A stretch of 64,000 bases of DNA from Bacteroidota bacterium (GCA_016720655.1 JADKKE010000033.1:177923-241922); one strand, 5' to 3'. Counted from the stretch's first letter, positions 1-9,165 are shown. Made by a program: numbers and translations. The notes: a model not told the origin generated them from the sequence alone.

Positions 1-909
1 TCAACTACATAACCTGTCTTTGTGCCGGCGCACTTGTCATCTCCGTCAGCAACTCCATCTTTATCCGCGTCGGGACAACCTTTCAATGTTGACAATCCAG
101 CGACAAGAGGACAAGCATCATCTTTATCAGTAATTCCATCACCATCTGCATCGGGACAACCTTTCATTTCTGTGATACCGGCTACATCCGGACAAGCATC
201 GATGTAATCGGCGATTCCGTCTTTGTCTTTATCCAACGGACATCCTGTTGCATCTACAGCAACTCCTGTCGGTGTATTTTCGCATTTGTCAAGACGATCT
301 GCCACACCGTCTTTATCAGCATCTTTTTTATTTCCAAAATTGAATGTAAGACCAACCATGTGCAATAAGTATGCATCATTTTCTGAGGCGACAACACCAT
401 CACGGGTATCAGCAGTTGAGTAGAGGAAAGTTTCCTGAATATTCAACATGAGAGTTGGGCCCATTTTGAAATTAATTCCGGCTCCGAAAGAAGGTGCAAT
501 GAAGTCGATCTTCTTTTCCGTGATGCCTACATTCTTATCAAATAGCATGGCTCCTCCGCCAACAAAAAGATAAGGTCGAACGGGAGAGGCCGGACCCAAA
601 ATATTGAATCTGAAATTTACCGAAACAGTAGAAACATCCCTGCGAAATCTTCCGTTCGGACGATTGTAACCAAGTGTTCCTTTCGTCGCCAATAAATTCA
701 AATCAAGATGCCCACCGATGTACCTGGAGAAAGTGATTCCGCCGAAACCGTACAAAGGCATATCTGTTTTGTAAAAATCATTGCCAAGGTCACCTTTGTA
801 CTGTCCAACTCCTGCATGCAAACCAATGTTCCATTTTTTGTCCTGGGTTTGTGCCTGCACGTAGCATGAAGCAATTATTGAAAGTGAAATAAGTAATATT
901 TTTTTCATA
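1..909 (-). CDS. OmpA-family outer-membrane protein with thrombospondin type-3 (TSP3) calcium-binding repeats; 3' end lies beyond the window start
   Basis: On the minus strand, ATG at 907-909 is preceded by an A-run. The product begins [20 protein letters not shown] (signal peptide) followed by a beta-barrel-like segment. Repeated DKDGVADxxDxC / [17 protein letters not shown]3 motifs follow. The ORF is absent from the ORF track because it runs off the window edge. The + strand ORFs 22..207 and 223..423 are its antisense shadow. Confidence 0.7.
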
Positions 910-933
910 ATAATATTGTATATAATTTACCAC

Positions 934-998
934 AAAGGTGAGCAGCCTTCTAAAAACCGATGTTATACAATTCTATCAATTTGTTACATCATTCACAC
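934..998 (-). promoter_or_regulatory. Three-element promoter motif, instance f (GTGAATgATGTAAC-N15-TATAAC-N24-CCTTTG), upstream of the OmpA/TSP3 gene
   Basis: The minus strand reads gtgtgaatgatgtaacaaattgatagaattgtataacacgg...cacctttg. Spacing matches the other five instances within 1 nt. The ATG lies about 25 nt downstream of the TTTG element. Confidence 0.5.
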
Positions 999-1376
999 TT
1001 AACTAAAATTGCGAAATGGCATTAATGGCAATTACACATCTTTAATATTGTCTTCCAAATTGCCAGACTCTTTGAAAAAAGGGTAGATGGAATTGGTGTA
1101 CAATGACGTGTTCTTGTTCAATCCCCTGCTTAATGAATGACAAATTGTTTGTAAGTGTTGTCGAAATCAGAGTCAAATACTTCAATTTTAACTTCAATTG
1201 AGGCTTTTGGATATAAAGAACCTTCTTATTCGTATTTTTAAAAAAACGGACAATTGAAATTCATACATTTGCAAAACGAATAGTCTTCGGCAAAGCGATC
1301 TTCGTGCTTTGAACGGTTTTTTTTTAAGGAGTTTTATTTTTGAAAAACCGTAAACTATAATTCAAAAAAAATATAT

Positions 1377-1937
1377 TTGAAAATCTACATAAAATACATG
1401 GTGAGTATTCGCTGCAAAATGCTCGTTAAGGAGGAGCTTAAGCAGCTGGGATTACATTATGTAAATATTGGTTTGGGAGAAGTTGAGATTATGGAAACCA
1501 TTTCTCATGCTCAACGGGAAAAGTTAAAACAAGCTTTATTGATTTCCGGCCTGGAATTGATGGACGACAAAAAAGCCATGTTGATTGAAAAGATAAAAAA
1601 CATCATTATTGAAATGATTCATTATTCGGAAGAGATTCCGAAAGTAAAGTTTTCCGATTATTTGAGTCAAAAATTGGATTACGACTACACCTATTTATCA
1701 AATCTTTTTTCAGAAACCGAAGGAATTACCATTGAACATTTTTTATTGATTCACAAAATTGAGAAAGTCAAAGAATTAATAATATATGATGAACTGAATC
1801 TGACAGAGATTTCCTATAAGCTTCACTATAGCAGTGTTGCACATTTGTCTAATCAGTTTAAAAAAATTACAGGTCTGACCCCTTCCTTTTTCAAAGCACT
1901 TAAAAATAAGAAGCGCAAGCCCTTAGAGGATATGTGA
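1377..1937 (+). CDS. AraC/XylS-family transcriptional regulator (short form, C-terminal HTH_18)
   Basis: The C-terminal HTH region reads LTEISYKLHYSSVAHLSNQFKKITGLTPSFFK. The 186-aa ORF has a possible alternative start at 1398. Confidence 0.75.
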   Translation: MKIYIKYMVSIRCKMLVKEELKQLGLHYVNIGLGEVEIMETISHAQREKLKQALLISGLELMDDKKAMLIEKIKNIIIEMIHYSEEIPKVKFSDYLSQKLDYDYTYLSNLFSETEGITIEHFLLIHKIEKVKELIIYDELNLTEISYKLHYSSVAHLSNQFKKITGLTPSFFKALKNKKRKPLEDM

Positions 1938-1997
1938 ATGATGTAAGCATCCGTTAAAATTTTGTAACACTTTTCAGCATTAAGAGAAATAATTTTG
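1934..1997 (+). promoter_or_regulatory. Three-element promoter motif, instance a (GTGAATgATGTAAG-N15-TGTAAC-N25-TAATTTTG)
   Basis: The sequence is gtgaatgatgtaagcatccgttaaaattttgtaacac...aataattttg. It lies upstream of the lipoprotein gene at 2015. Confidence 0.5.
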
Positions 1998-2014
1998 TCT
2001 CTTAATCCTGTATC

Positions 2015-2608
2015 ATGCAACGGAAATACACATCAAAGCAAATCATCCGGTATCTTTTCAATAGTTGCTGTTTTGCAAGCCTTTTCGCTTGTAATCCCGG
2101 TGATAATACAATTACTATCAGTAAAGGACTTCTGGATTCGATGCAGGTACAGATTGCTACTTTTACTGTTAATCAGGGTTGGATTGATAAAAACCTGATG
2201 GCCTTTGATACACTTGACTTTACGGTTTTTAGTAATCAGGATTGGACACGAATTCATGAAAGTCATTCAAAAGACATCAAAGTAAATTGGCCGGATGGTC
2301 ACTTTACAATAGGGATTGATCAACACATCAACGACTTGAAAAATATGTTCGTCTATGCACCCGATACGCGAATCAGGCAACATCCAATTCGCTTTGGTTC
2401 CGGAAACATGACCTGTGTAACGGGGGTTATGACTGGCACTTTTAGCAAATCCATGCCGATTGGGAATGGAAAAACCATTCAGCCGACTGGTAAATCCTTT
2501 AGCATTCCAATGTGCACTGTCGGAATTTGGAAGACAGGTGTGATGATTGAAGAATTTCTTTTTTGGGACAATCATGCTTTTATGAAACAAATTGGAATTT
2601 TAAAATAA
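2015..2608 (+). CDS. Lipoprotein with an NTF2/SnoaL-like (ester-cyclase-like) fold, putative
   Basis: The 197-aa ORF has a lipobox-like N-terminus (LFACNPGDN). The family call is tentative. Confidence 0.45.
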   Translation: MQRKYTSKQIIRYLFNSCCFASLFACNPGDNTITISKGLLDSMQVQIATFTVNQGWIDKNLMAFDTLDFTVFSNQDWTRIHESHSKDIKVNWPDGHFTIGIDQHINDLKNMFVYAPDTRIRQHPIRFGSGNMTCVTGVMTGTFSKSMPIGNGKTIQPTGKSFSIPMCTVGIWKTGVMIEEFLFWDNHAFMKQIGILK

Positions 2609-2626
2609 CAATTAAAAACACAATCC

Positions 2627-3213
2627 ATGATATTAGATGCAACAATGGAAGACAAAAGGGAAAAATGGGCAATTGATATGGCTCACAGTGAACTCTCGTT
2701 CAATTAAAGCATCTCATGATTGCTCATGTAAAGGGATCTTTTAAAAGTTTCGATGCAAGCATTTATACAACTGGAAAAGATTTTTCGAGTGCAGAAATCG
2801 ATATTTGGATTGACCCGGCTTCAATTTCAACGGGGGATGAAAAAAGAGACGAACATTTGAAAGGGCCTGATTTTTTTGATGTCCTCAATCATCCTCAAAT
2901 TGCTTTTACTTCTGAAACAATCGGAGAAGCAGACTCAAATGGTAACCATGAACTCTGGGGTGAATTGAGAATGAAAGGAATTAAGAAGAACCTGAAACTC
3001 AATGTTCACTTCGGAGGAATGATGACGGATCCATGGGGCAATGAAAAAGCAGGTTTCACTGTGACCGGTGTGATCAATCGAAATGAATGGGGGCTTATCT
3101 GGAATACCACCATTGAGACTGGCGGAATTTTGGTGAGCGAGGAAGTGAAAATTTCTTGTGAACTTGAATTGACGATGGTAAACCAGAAAGATCTTTCAAT
3201 GGTATTGGAATAA
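2627..3213 (+). CDS. YceI-family (polyisoprenoid-binding) protein, interrupted by a single-base frameshift near 2700
   Basis: The N-terminal piece MILDATMEDKREKWAIDMAHSELSFN* (frame 2) joins MIAHVKGSFKSFDASI... (frame 1, ORF 2716..3213). Together they give the YceI signature W.ID..HS.L.F..KHL...V.G.F. Adding one T at the aattt-type dinucleotide restores SELSFNLKHLMIAHVKGSF. Confidence 0.65.
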
Positions 3214-3366
3214 ACCTTGAATTTCATTTTCCAAAATTTATTTACTGCTGAGGAATTAGTGATTGGTTGAAATCTCTCCTATTTCGTCTATTCGATTAGT
3301 CCGTTGAATTGAGCACTTTTATCTTGTTTTTTGAATACACCGGGTTACACGATTGTGTGATATAAA

Positions 3367-3432
3367 GTGTGAATTATGTAACTTATCCTTAAAGTTATGT
3401 AACGGGTTTCATTCTTCCTGTGCTTAATTTTG
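3367..3432 (+). promoter_or_regulatory. Three-element promoter motif, instance e
   Basis: The sequence is gtgtgaattatgtaacttatccttaaagttatgtaacggg...cttaattttg, with the same 22-nt and 31-nt spacings. It lies upstream of the lmo0937-like gene. Confidence 0.5.
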
Positions 3433-3486
3433 TTGAATTAAATCATATTTCAGTTCATTCACAATTCAGTTAAAAAAATCAATAAA

Positions 3487-3642
3487 ATGGGAAATCTTCT
3501 GTATATAATAGCTGTCATTCTGGTGATAAGCTGGTTGATAGGGTTTGTAGGCTTTCATGCCGGTGGAATTATTCATATTCTATTGGTTATTGCCATCATT
3601 GTGGTTTTGTTAAGCGTTATACAAGGTAGAAAGCCCTTATAA
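3487..3642 (+). CDS. lmo0937-family small membrane protein (51 aa)
   Basis: The product is MGNLLYIIAVILVISWLIGFVGFHAGGIIHILLVIAIIVVLLSVIQGRKPL. It has two TM segments and the family-typical GF..H..G..IH.LLVIA.I..LL.VIQGRK signature. It is below the ORF-track size cutoff. Confidence 0.6.
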   Translation: MGNLLYIIAVILVISWLIGFVGFHAGGIIHILLVIAIIVVLLSVIQGRKPL

Positions 3643-3680
3643 GATAAGCGATGTTCGTTTATTGGAGATGAGGCAATGCT

Positions 3681-5249
3681 ATGAGATTTCTTGCAGTGCT
3701 ATTAATTTTATGTAGTTTAACATTAACGTTATTTTCTCAACAGAAAGTACCGCAGAAAAAGCAAGCTACATTTCCTTCTGATTCGATAGTACCTGGTAAT
3801 AGTTCACCGGAGAAACAGATTAAAAAATCGAAGGAAGAAAAAGTAGAACATTTGTCGGACTCTGTCGGTAATGAGCCGATGCAAAGCAACAGAGTGGATA
3901 CCACTGTGCAAAACAAGTATGGCGACCTGCTCAATGACGATTCTATTTATTCAAAAAGGTATCCAATGTGGATTCCGGTTCTTGAGTCTATCGGATCAAA
4001 TGCAATAACGTGGGCTGGAGATCGCTATATTTTGAGAGACGAATATGCCAGGGTTGGATTGAAATCCTGGAAATCCAATTTTAAAAATGGATGGGAATGG
4101 GATGTCGACAGGTTTGGAATAAATTTTATCGGACATCCTTATTCAGGGACACTTACGTTTAATTCAGGTCGTTCCAATGGATACAATTATTTTCAATCTT
4201 TTTCAATTGCGGTAGGGGGGAGTCTGGTGTGGGAATATTTAGGAGAGAATACGCGACCCTCCTACAATGACATCATCAATACACCGGTGAATGGTGCATT
4301 TCTCGGAGAAATATTGTATCGATTAAGTTCGAACATTCTGGATGACCGGACAAGAGGTTTACCGAGAATTTCTCGTGAAATCCTCGCGGGGATATTAAAT
4401 CCTATGCGTGGACTCAACCGAATACTTCAAGGGAAAACGTTCCATAGAACCAACAAGGAAGTCTACCAAAAAGAGCCGCTGAATGTTACTCTTTATACCG
4501 GGCTGCATTATGTGAATGAGGGTCACAAAGATTTTGGAAAAGGAACAAGAAGTGAATTGTTAAACGCTCAATTCGATTATGGGAACCCATTCGAAATCCG
4601 TTCGAGGAAACCATTTGATTTTTTTAAACTTCGAACCGAGCTTAATTTTGGAGTCGGGCGAAAGATTCTTGATAATGTGACAGGATACGGTATCTTAACA
4701 GGTAAAAACATCAAGCTGAAAAAGCAATCAATCTTGATTGGTTTATTTCAGCACTATGATTATTGGGATAACAAGACTTTTGAGTTGGGTTCGATCGCAT
4801 TTGGCGGTGGACTTTTTTCAAAAATACCACTGAGTAAAACATCAGAAATTTATACAAATATTCACATTGCTGTAATTCCATTTGCCGGCAACAGCACTCA
4901 CTTTGGTCCGGATTCTTCTGAATTCAGGGATTATAATTTCGGTGACGGTTTGGAAGGAAAGTTTGAAAGTACAGTTAACATCGGTAAATATGCTTCAGCA
5001 TCCTTTGTCTATTATTATTATATCATCAGAACATTTGTTGGAGCAAAGGGAAATAATTATATCGGGATTCTAAAACCCAGAATTACTATTCGACTGTACA
5101 AGGACCTCAGTATTGGTTTTGAACATTTTGTTTATTACAATGACAGGTACTTACGGGATTTAGCGGCAATTCATTCTGCAAGAACAGAACAAAAGTTATT
5201 TCTTTCACTCTATTTTGAAGACAAGCAAAGAAGAGGCCATTACAATTGA
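3681..5249 (+). CDS. Secreted hypothetical protein (signal peptide; Bacteroidetes DUF-type)
   Basis: The 522-aa ORF begins MRFLAVLLILCSLTLTLFSQQ. No catalytic motif was recognised. Confidence 0.55.
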   Translation: MRFLAVLLILCSLTLTLFSQQKVPQKKQATFPSDSIVPGNSSPEKQIKKSKEEKVEHLSDSVGNEPMQSNRVDTTVQNKYGDLLNDDSIYSKRYPMWIPVLESIGSNAITWAGDRYILRDEYARVGLKSWKSNFKNGWEWDVDRFGINFIGHPYSGTLTFNSGRSNGYNYFQSFSIAVGGSLVWEYLGENTRPSYNDIINTPVNGAFLGEILYRLSSNILDDRTRGLPRISREILAGILNPMRGLNRILQGKTFHRTNKEVYQKEPLNVTLYTGLHYVNEGHKDFGKGTRSELLNAQFDYGNPFEIRSRKPFDFFKLRTELNFGVGRKILDNVTGYGILTGKNIKLKKQSILIGLFQHYDYWDNKTFELGSIAFGGGLFSKIPLSKTSEIYTNIHIAVIPFAGNSTHFGPDSSEFRDYNFGDGLEGKFESTVNIGKYASASFVYYYYIIRTFVGAKGNNYIGILKPRITIRLYKDLSIGFEHFVYYNDRYLRDLAAIHSARTEQKLFLSLYFEDKQRRGHYN

Positions 5250-5255
5250 ATAAAA

Positions 5256-6086
5256 ATGAGAGCGGAGCAATATAAATTATTTCAATTTCTGAAGATCGTT
5301 ATATTGACGTTTGTATTTCTTACTGTAATTGTAAGTCAGGGAAATGCACAGGATACACTTCAGGGAAAGAAATTTACTGACTACAATTTTTCTCGTTTTA
5401 CACATGAAACGGGTTTGTTTTTCGTGCAACCAGTAAAATGGAAGGGCGCCGATTGGATCCGTTTCGGAGCAATTGCCATCCTGACGGTTTCGATAATTCA
5501 GGTTGACAATGATGTCCGAAAACTGGCTCTTGACAATCCGAAGTATGTAAATACGGTACCAATGGAAATTGGTAATCAATGGGGTGGATTTTTTCTCGTT
5601 CCAATTTCCGCTGTGGCATTGTTGACACATGGAACATTAAGTGATAACAATACAACTAAAAAATTAGGATTTGAAATTGCTCAGGCGGCACTATATTCTG
5701 AAACCATTTCTTTTATTTCAAAAGGCTGTATTGGGAGATCAAGACCATTTACAAACAGAGGGTTTAACGATTATAAGCCGTTTACTTTTTTTGATAGTCC
5801 TCAGAATTCATTTCCGGCGGGTCATGTAGATGCAGCATTTGCATTGTCTACCGTTCTGGCGAAGAACACAGATTCCGGTTGGTTGAAGGTTGCCTCCTAT
5901 ATTCCAGCGGGACTAACCGTTGTATCCCGAATTTATCAAGATGAGCACTGGGCTTCAGACGTTTTTTTAGGAGGCGCAATTGGCTATTTTGTGGGGAATT
6001 GGGTGGTGAATTTACATGAACAAAAAGAATCAACAATTGAATTGACTTCAGTATTCCCTCTTCAAATAAAAATTGCTTTGAATTAA
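5256..6086 (+). CDS. PAP2-superfamily phosphatase (phosphatidic acid phosphatase type 2 / haloperoxidase fold), secreted
   Basis: The three PAP2 motifs are present: KGCIGRSRPF, FPAGHVDAAFA and SRIYQDEHWASDV. There is a signal peptide. Confidence 0.8.
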   Translation: MRAEQYKLFQFLKIVILTFVFLTVIVSQGNAQDTLQGKKFTDYNFSRFTHETGLFFVQPVKWKGADWIRFGAIAILTVSIIQVDNDVRKLALDNPKYVNTVPMEIGNQWGGFFLVPISAVALLTHGTLSDNNTTKKLGFEIAQAALYSETISFISKGCIGRSRPFTNRGFNDYKPFTFFDSPQNSFPAGHVDAAFALSTVLAKNTDSGWLKVASYIPAGLTVVSRIYQDEHWASDVFLGGAIGYFVGNWVVNLHEQKESTIELTSVFPLQIKIALN

Positions 6087-6088
6087 AA

Positions 6089-6940
6089 TTGAAAATGAAG
6101 TTTAAAATTATCATATCACTCTTAATTGCCTTCAGCTTGAATAGCTCTGTCTTTTCTCAAGAGAAGAAAAATGAAGTCACAGCTCCGGAAACACCCAAGG
6201 AGAAACAATTGGAGAAGAAACTTGGAAAACGCTTATACAGCATTCCTCAATTCGCACACGAAACAATTTTATTTATCAAACAGCCAAGTAAGTGGAGTGG
6301 AACAGATTGGCTAAAGTTGGGTATTGTAACAGCCGCAACCTTTGCTGTGATGCCTTTCGACGAACAGATCACGAATTCTACGCAAGGTGAGCAACGATAT
6401 TATAATAGTGTACCTATTGTTGGTGGAAGAGTTTATGGAGAATGGTATGCGATTGGCGGAGTAGCATCGGTTTTTGGTGTGTATGGTCTTATAGCGAAGG
6501 ACACTGCTGCGAAGAAAATAACGATTGAATTGTTGCAAGCCGGACTCTATTCAGAAATAATAACCACTGTATTAAAGGTTGCCATTGGAAGAAAGAGGCC
6601 GGTCGTGACAGAAGATGCATTCTCCTATCGGCCATTCACCCTTCTGGAATACAACTTTCACTCTATGCCCAGCGGCCATACGACAAGTGCATTTGCCTTA
6701 TCAACAGTGATGTCGCGGCATGCGAAGTCTGGTACACTTAAGGTTCTGGCTTACATCCCGGCTGGTTTTACCATGTTTTCAAGAATCTACCAGCACCAAC
6801 ATTGGTTATCCGATGAAATTTTGGCTGCAGCAATTGGATATTTCGCAGGCAATTGGGTCGTGGATTTACATGAAGGGAGAAGACACAAAATAAATGTTAC
6901 CTCTCTTTATCCACTCGGAGTTTCTTATTCCTTCAATTGA
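6089..6940 (+). CDS. PAP2-superfamily phosphatase, tandem paralogue of the preceding gene
   Basis: The motifs are KVAIGRKRPV, MPSGHTTSAFA and SRIYQHQHWLSDE. The start lies 3 bp after the upstream stop. Confidence 0.8.
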   Translation: MKMKFKIIISLLIAFSLNSSVFSQEKKNEVTAPETPKEKQLEKKLGKRLYSIPQFAHETILFIKQPSKWSGTDWLKLGIVTAATFAVMPFDEQITNSTQGEQRYYNSVPIVGGRVYGEWYAIGGVASVFGVYGLIAKDTAAKKITIELLQAGLYSEIITTVLKVAIGRKRPVVTEDAFSYRPFTLLEYNFHSMPSGHTTSAFALSTVMSRHAKSGTLKVLAYIPAGFTMFSRIYQHQHWLSDEILAAAIGYFAGNWVVDLHEGRRHKINVTSLYPLGVSYSFN

Positions 6941-7012
6941 TCTATAGGATATCAATTTAAAAACACTGCAAACAATATTGAATATAAGTTCACAAATTAA
7001 AATTATACTACG

Positions 7013-7231
7013 ATGAATACTAAAAACACCGGAATTATCCTGATTGTAATTGGGATGATCATGATGATTTATACAGGATTCAATTATGTCACAACTAAAA
7101 AAGTTGTAGATCTGGGTCCGATTGAAATTAACAAAGAAACAAACCACCCCGTGCAATGGTCGCCGATTATTGGTGGCATACTGTTGGTTGGAGGCATTGT
7201 GCTCCTTTCTACTAGCAAAGGCAAACAATAA
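7013..7231 (+). CDS. Small hypothetical membrane protein (2 TM)
   Basis: The 72-aa ORF has two hydrophobic helices and sits in a compact coding context. Confidence 0.4.
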   Translation: MNTKNTGIILIVIGMIMMIYTGFNYVTTKKVVDLGPIEINKETNHPVQWSPIIGGILLVGGIVLLSTSKGKQ

Positions 7232-7235
7232 TGAA

Positions 7236-7301
7236 GTGTGAATCATGTAACAAATTCGAAAAGTTGTGTAACAGTTACTGATGGGAAAGCAAAGACCTTT
7301 G
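7236..7301 (+). promoter_or_regulatory. Three-element promoter motif, instance d
   Basis: The sequence is gtgtgaatcatgtaacaaattcgaaaagttgtgtaacag...agacctttg. It lies upstream of the beta-barrel gene at 7324. Confidence 0.5.
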
Positions 7302-7323
7302 GGAAAAGTTTTATACACAGCTT

Positions 7324-8004
7324 ATGAAAAATTTAATCAATAAGACGAATGGGATATTGTTCGCCTGGATTCTCTTAACCGGAAGTATTTCAACTGCGAA
7401 TGCTCAGAAAGCAGAATTCGGAGTGAGGTTAATGCCAACGTTTTCAACCTTCGACTTGAAAACGAGCGGAGGAAATTCAATTAAAGGCGAGGTTGTTTAT
7501 GGATTTGGTGTCGGTGCGTTTTTTGGATTTAACTTTACAGATAATGTGGGTATTCAAATAGAAGGGATCTACAATTCAATTAACCAAAAATACAAAGAGG
7601 TTGATGTTGAAAGGAAAGTAAACTTGAGATATGTGAATATTCCATTATTGCTTTCTTTGAATACAGGTAAAAGCCGCGCTGTTAATTTGAATGTAGTAGC
7701 CGGACCACAAATTGGTCTCAGTGTCGGAAGTAGTGTAACCACCACCGGTTCCGACGGTGTTGCGAATTCAAAAGCAGTACTTGCAGTGAAGAAGGGTGAC
7801 CTTGGATTGGCATATGGAGCCGGTTTGGATTTCGGTCTTAACTCCAGCCATACGGTTCGCCTTGGACTTGGATTCCGTGGCGTGTTTGGATTGATTGACA
7901 TTAGCGATAACAGTGAAACAATGACTACGGATTCGTATTACATCCTTGATAAAACGAAGATTAAAACATATTCAGGATATCTCGGTCTTTCTATTTTATT
8001 TTAA
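7324..8004 (+). CDS. Outer-membrane beta-barrel protein (porin-like, OMP_b-brl family)
   Basis: The ORF has a signal peptide ending ANAQ. Alternating-hydrophobic beta strands are present, with a C-terminal ...GLSILF. Confidence 0.6.
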   Translation: MKNLINKTNGILFAWILLTGSISTANAQKAEFGVRLMPTFSTFDLKTSGGNSIKGEVVYGFGVGAFFGFNFTDNVGIQIEGIYNSINQKYKEVDVERKVNLRYVNIPLLLSLNTGKSRAVNLNVVAGPQIGLSVGSSVTTTGSDGVANSKAVLAVKKGDLGLAYGAGLDFGLNSSHTVRLGLGFRGVFGLIDISDNSETMTTDSYYILDKTKIKTYSGYLGLSILF

Positions 8005-8040
8005 ACACCATCATTGCTCATTTGAACAAGCGTTTTTTCT

Positions 8041-8072
8041 GAAAACCTGTTTCTTTAGGGGGACAGGTTTTC
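8041..8072 (+). terminator. Rho-independent terminator hairpin downstream of the beta-barrel gene
   Basis: A perfect 10-bp stem is formed by GAAAACCTGT ... ACAGGTTTTC. Confidence 0.5.
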
Positions 8073-8204
8073 ACGCATTCAAACCCGATCCAGGACAATT
8101 GAAGCCATAGATCTTTTGTATGTTGCAAAAAGACATCTCGAAAAATGTTCACTTCCACAGGGCATTAATTTTCACTCGGGAAATCATTAATTTTATTTCA
8201 ATAC

Positions 8205-8268
8205 GTGAATGATGTAAGTCTTTTTAAAAATTATGTAATTCATTTTTGATGAATGTATTGAACCTTTG
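8205..8268 (+). promoter_or_regulatory. Three-element promoter motif, instance b
   Basis: The sequence is gtgaatgatgtaagtctttttaaaaattatgtaattc...gaacctttg. It lies upstream of the CsbD-like gene at 8322. Confidence 0.5.
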
Positions 8269-8321
8269 TATCTGAAGAATCTGACAAAAGCCAACGTGAA
8301 AAACAGTCAATACAATTTATC

Positions 8322-8504
8322 ATGATGCAAGGGATTAGCGGAAATTGGGAGGAACAAAAAATTGAATTAAAAAAGAGATTTGCTCTTTTGACTGACAATG
8401 ATTTATTGTTTGCTGATGATAGAAAAGCAGAAATGTGGATTAAGCTTGAAACTAAACTTGGGAAGTCGAAAGAGGAATTGCAGAAAATCATGTCGGCTTT
8501 ATAG
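8322..8504 (+). CDS. CsbD/YjbJ-family general-stress protein (UPF0337)
   Basis: GNWEEQKIELKKRFALLTDNDL...KLGKSKEEL matches the YjbJ pattern GNWKQFKGKVKEQWGKLTDDD...G..KIQ..YG..K. Confidence 0.7.
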   Translation: MMQGISGNWEEQKIELKKRFALLTDNDLLFADDRKAEMWIKLETKLGKSKEELQKIMSAL

Positions 8505-8526
8505 TTGTATGATTGTTGATTAGTAT

Positions 8527-8559
8527 ACCGTTTAACGTGAAGCGTTAAACGGTTTTTTA
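8527..8559 (+). terminator. Rho-independent terminator
   Basis: The stem is CCGTTTAACG-tgaag-CGTTAAACGG, followed by TTTTTT. Confidence 0.6.
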
Positions 8560-8589
8560 AACTAAAAAGAAACTCAAAAAACAGATAAA

Positions 8590-9054
8590 ATGAAAAAATC
8601 AATTTTTACTCTGGCACTACCACTTGGTATAGCCCTAACGGTACTGTCCGCTTGTAGCTCACCGGAACAAAAGGAAGCCGCAGCCCAGGACAAAGTTCAG
8701 GACGCGAAAGAAGAATTAAATACGGTTCAGGCCAATACGAATGCCGAGGAACAAAAAGCGGCCAGTATCGAAGAATGGAAATTATTTAAAAGCGATACTG
8801 AAATACGGATAGGAAATAATGAAAAGCGAATTGCGGAATTAAAGGACAAAATGAAAAAGCCCGGCAAGACGCTTGACCCTTTGTATAAATCACGCATCGA
8901 TGCACTTGAATTGAAAAACCAGGAACTCAAATCAAGGTTGGAAGCATATGAAAAGAATCAAAGCAATTGGGAAACATTCAAACGGGAGTTTAATCACGAC
9001 ATGGATGAATTGGGTGTCGCTTTAGCAGACTTTACAGTGGACAATAAGAATTAA
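8590..9054 (+). CDS. Coiled-coil lipoprotein, hypothetical
   Basis: The lipobox is LSACSS. The rest is K/E-rich helical sequence. Confidence 0.5.
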   Translation: MKKSIFTLALPLGIALTVLSACSSPEQKEAAAQDKVQDAKEELNTVQANTNAEEQKAASIEEWKLFKSDTEIRIGNNEKRIAELKDKMKKPGKTLDPLYKSRIDALELKNQELKSRLEAYEKNQSNWETFKREFNHDMDELGVALADFTVDNKN

Positions 9055-9101
9055 AAACCATTTAGAAGAAAGATCCGGTCATTTAGCGCCCTTATGGAAC
9101 A

Positions 9102-9165
9102 GTGAATCATGTAAACTTTTAATAGAATCATGTAACACGTCAAAAAGCTATGTTCCCCAACTTTG
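9102..9165 (+). promoter_or_regulatory. Three-element promoter motif, instance c
   Basis: The sequence is gtgaatcatgtaaacttttaatagaatcatgtaacacg...ccaactttg. It lies upstream of the second CsbD-like gene. Confidence 0.5.

Noticed and set aside
22-423. Two + strand ORFs at the window start, rich in S, A and P
   Set aside because: They are antisense to the TSP3-repeat region of the minus-strand OmpA-family gene. The GC-rich D/G codons give open reverse frames.
1934-1997. The TGTAAC boxes as a simple sigma70-like -35/-10 pair
   Set aside because: The fixed downstream (C)CTTTG or TAATTTTG element at +31 fits the Bacteroidetes -7 motif better. The boxes are therefore interpreted as activator half-sites overlapping -33 rather than as -35 and -10 hexamers.
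2033-2590. Minus-strand ORFs 2033..2266 and 2267..2590, and many other 60-120-aa ORFs nested in large genes (for example 12116..12325, 19243..19554, 26487..26816)
   Set aside because: They are fully embedded antisense or off-frame within well-supported genes. They are typical spurious ORFs in repeat- and GC-skewed coding sequence.
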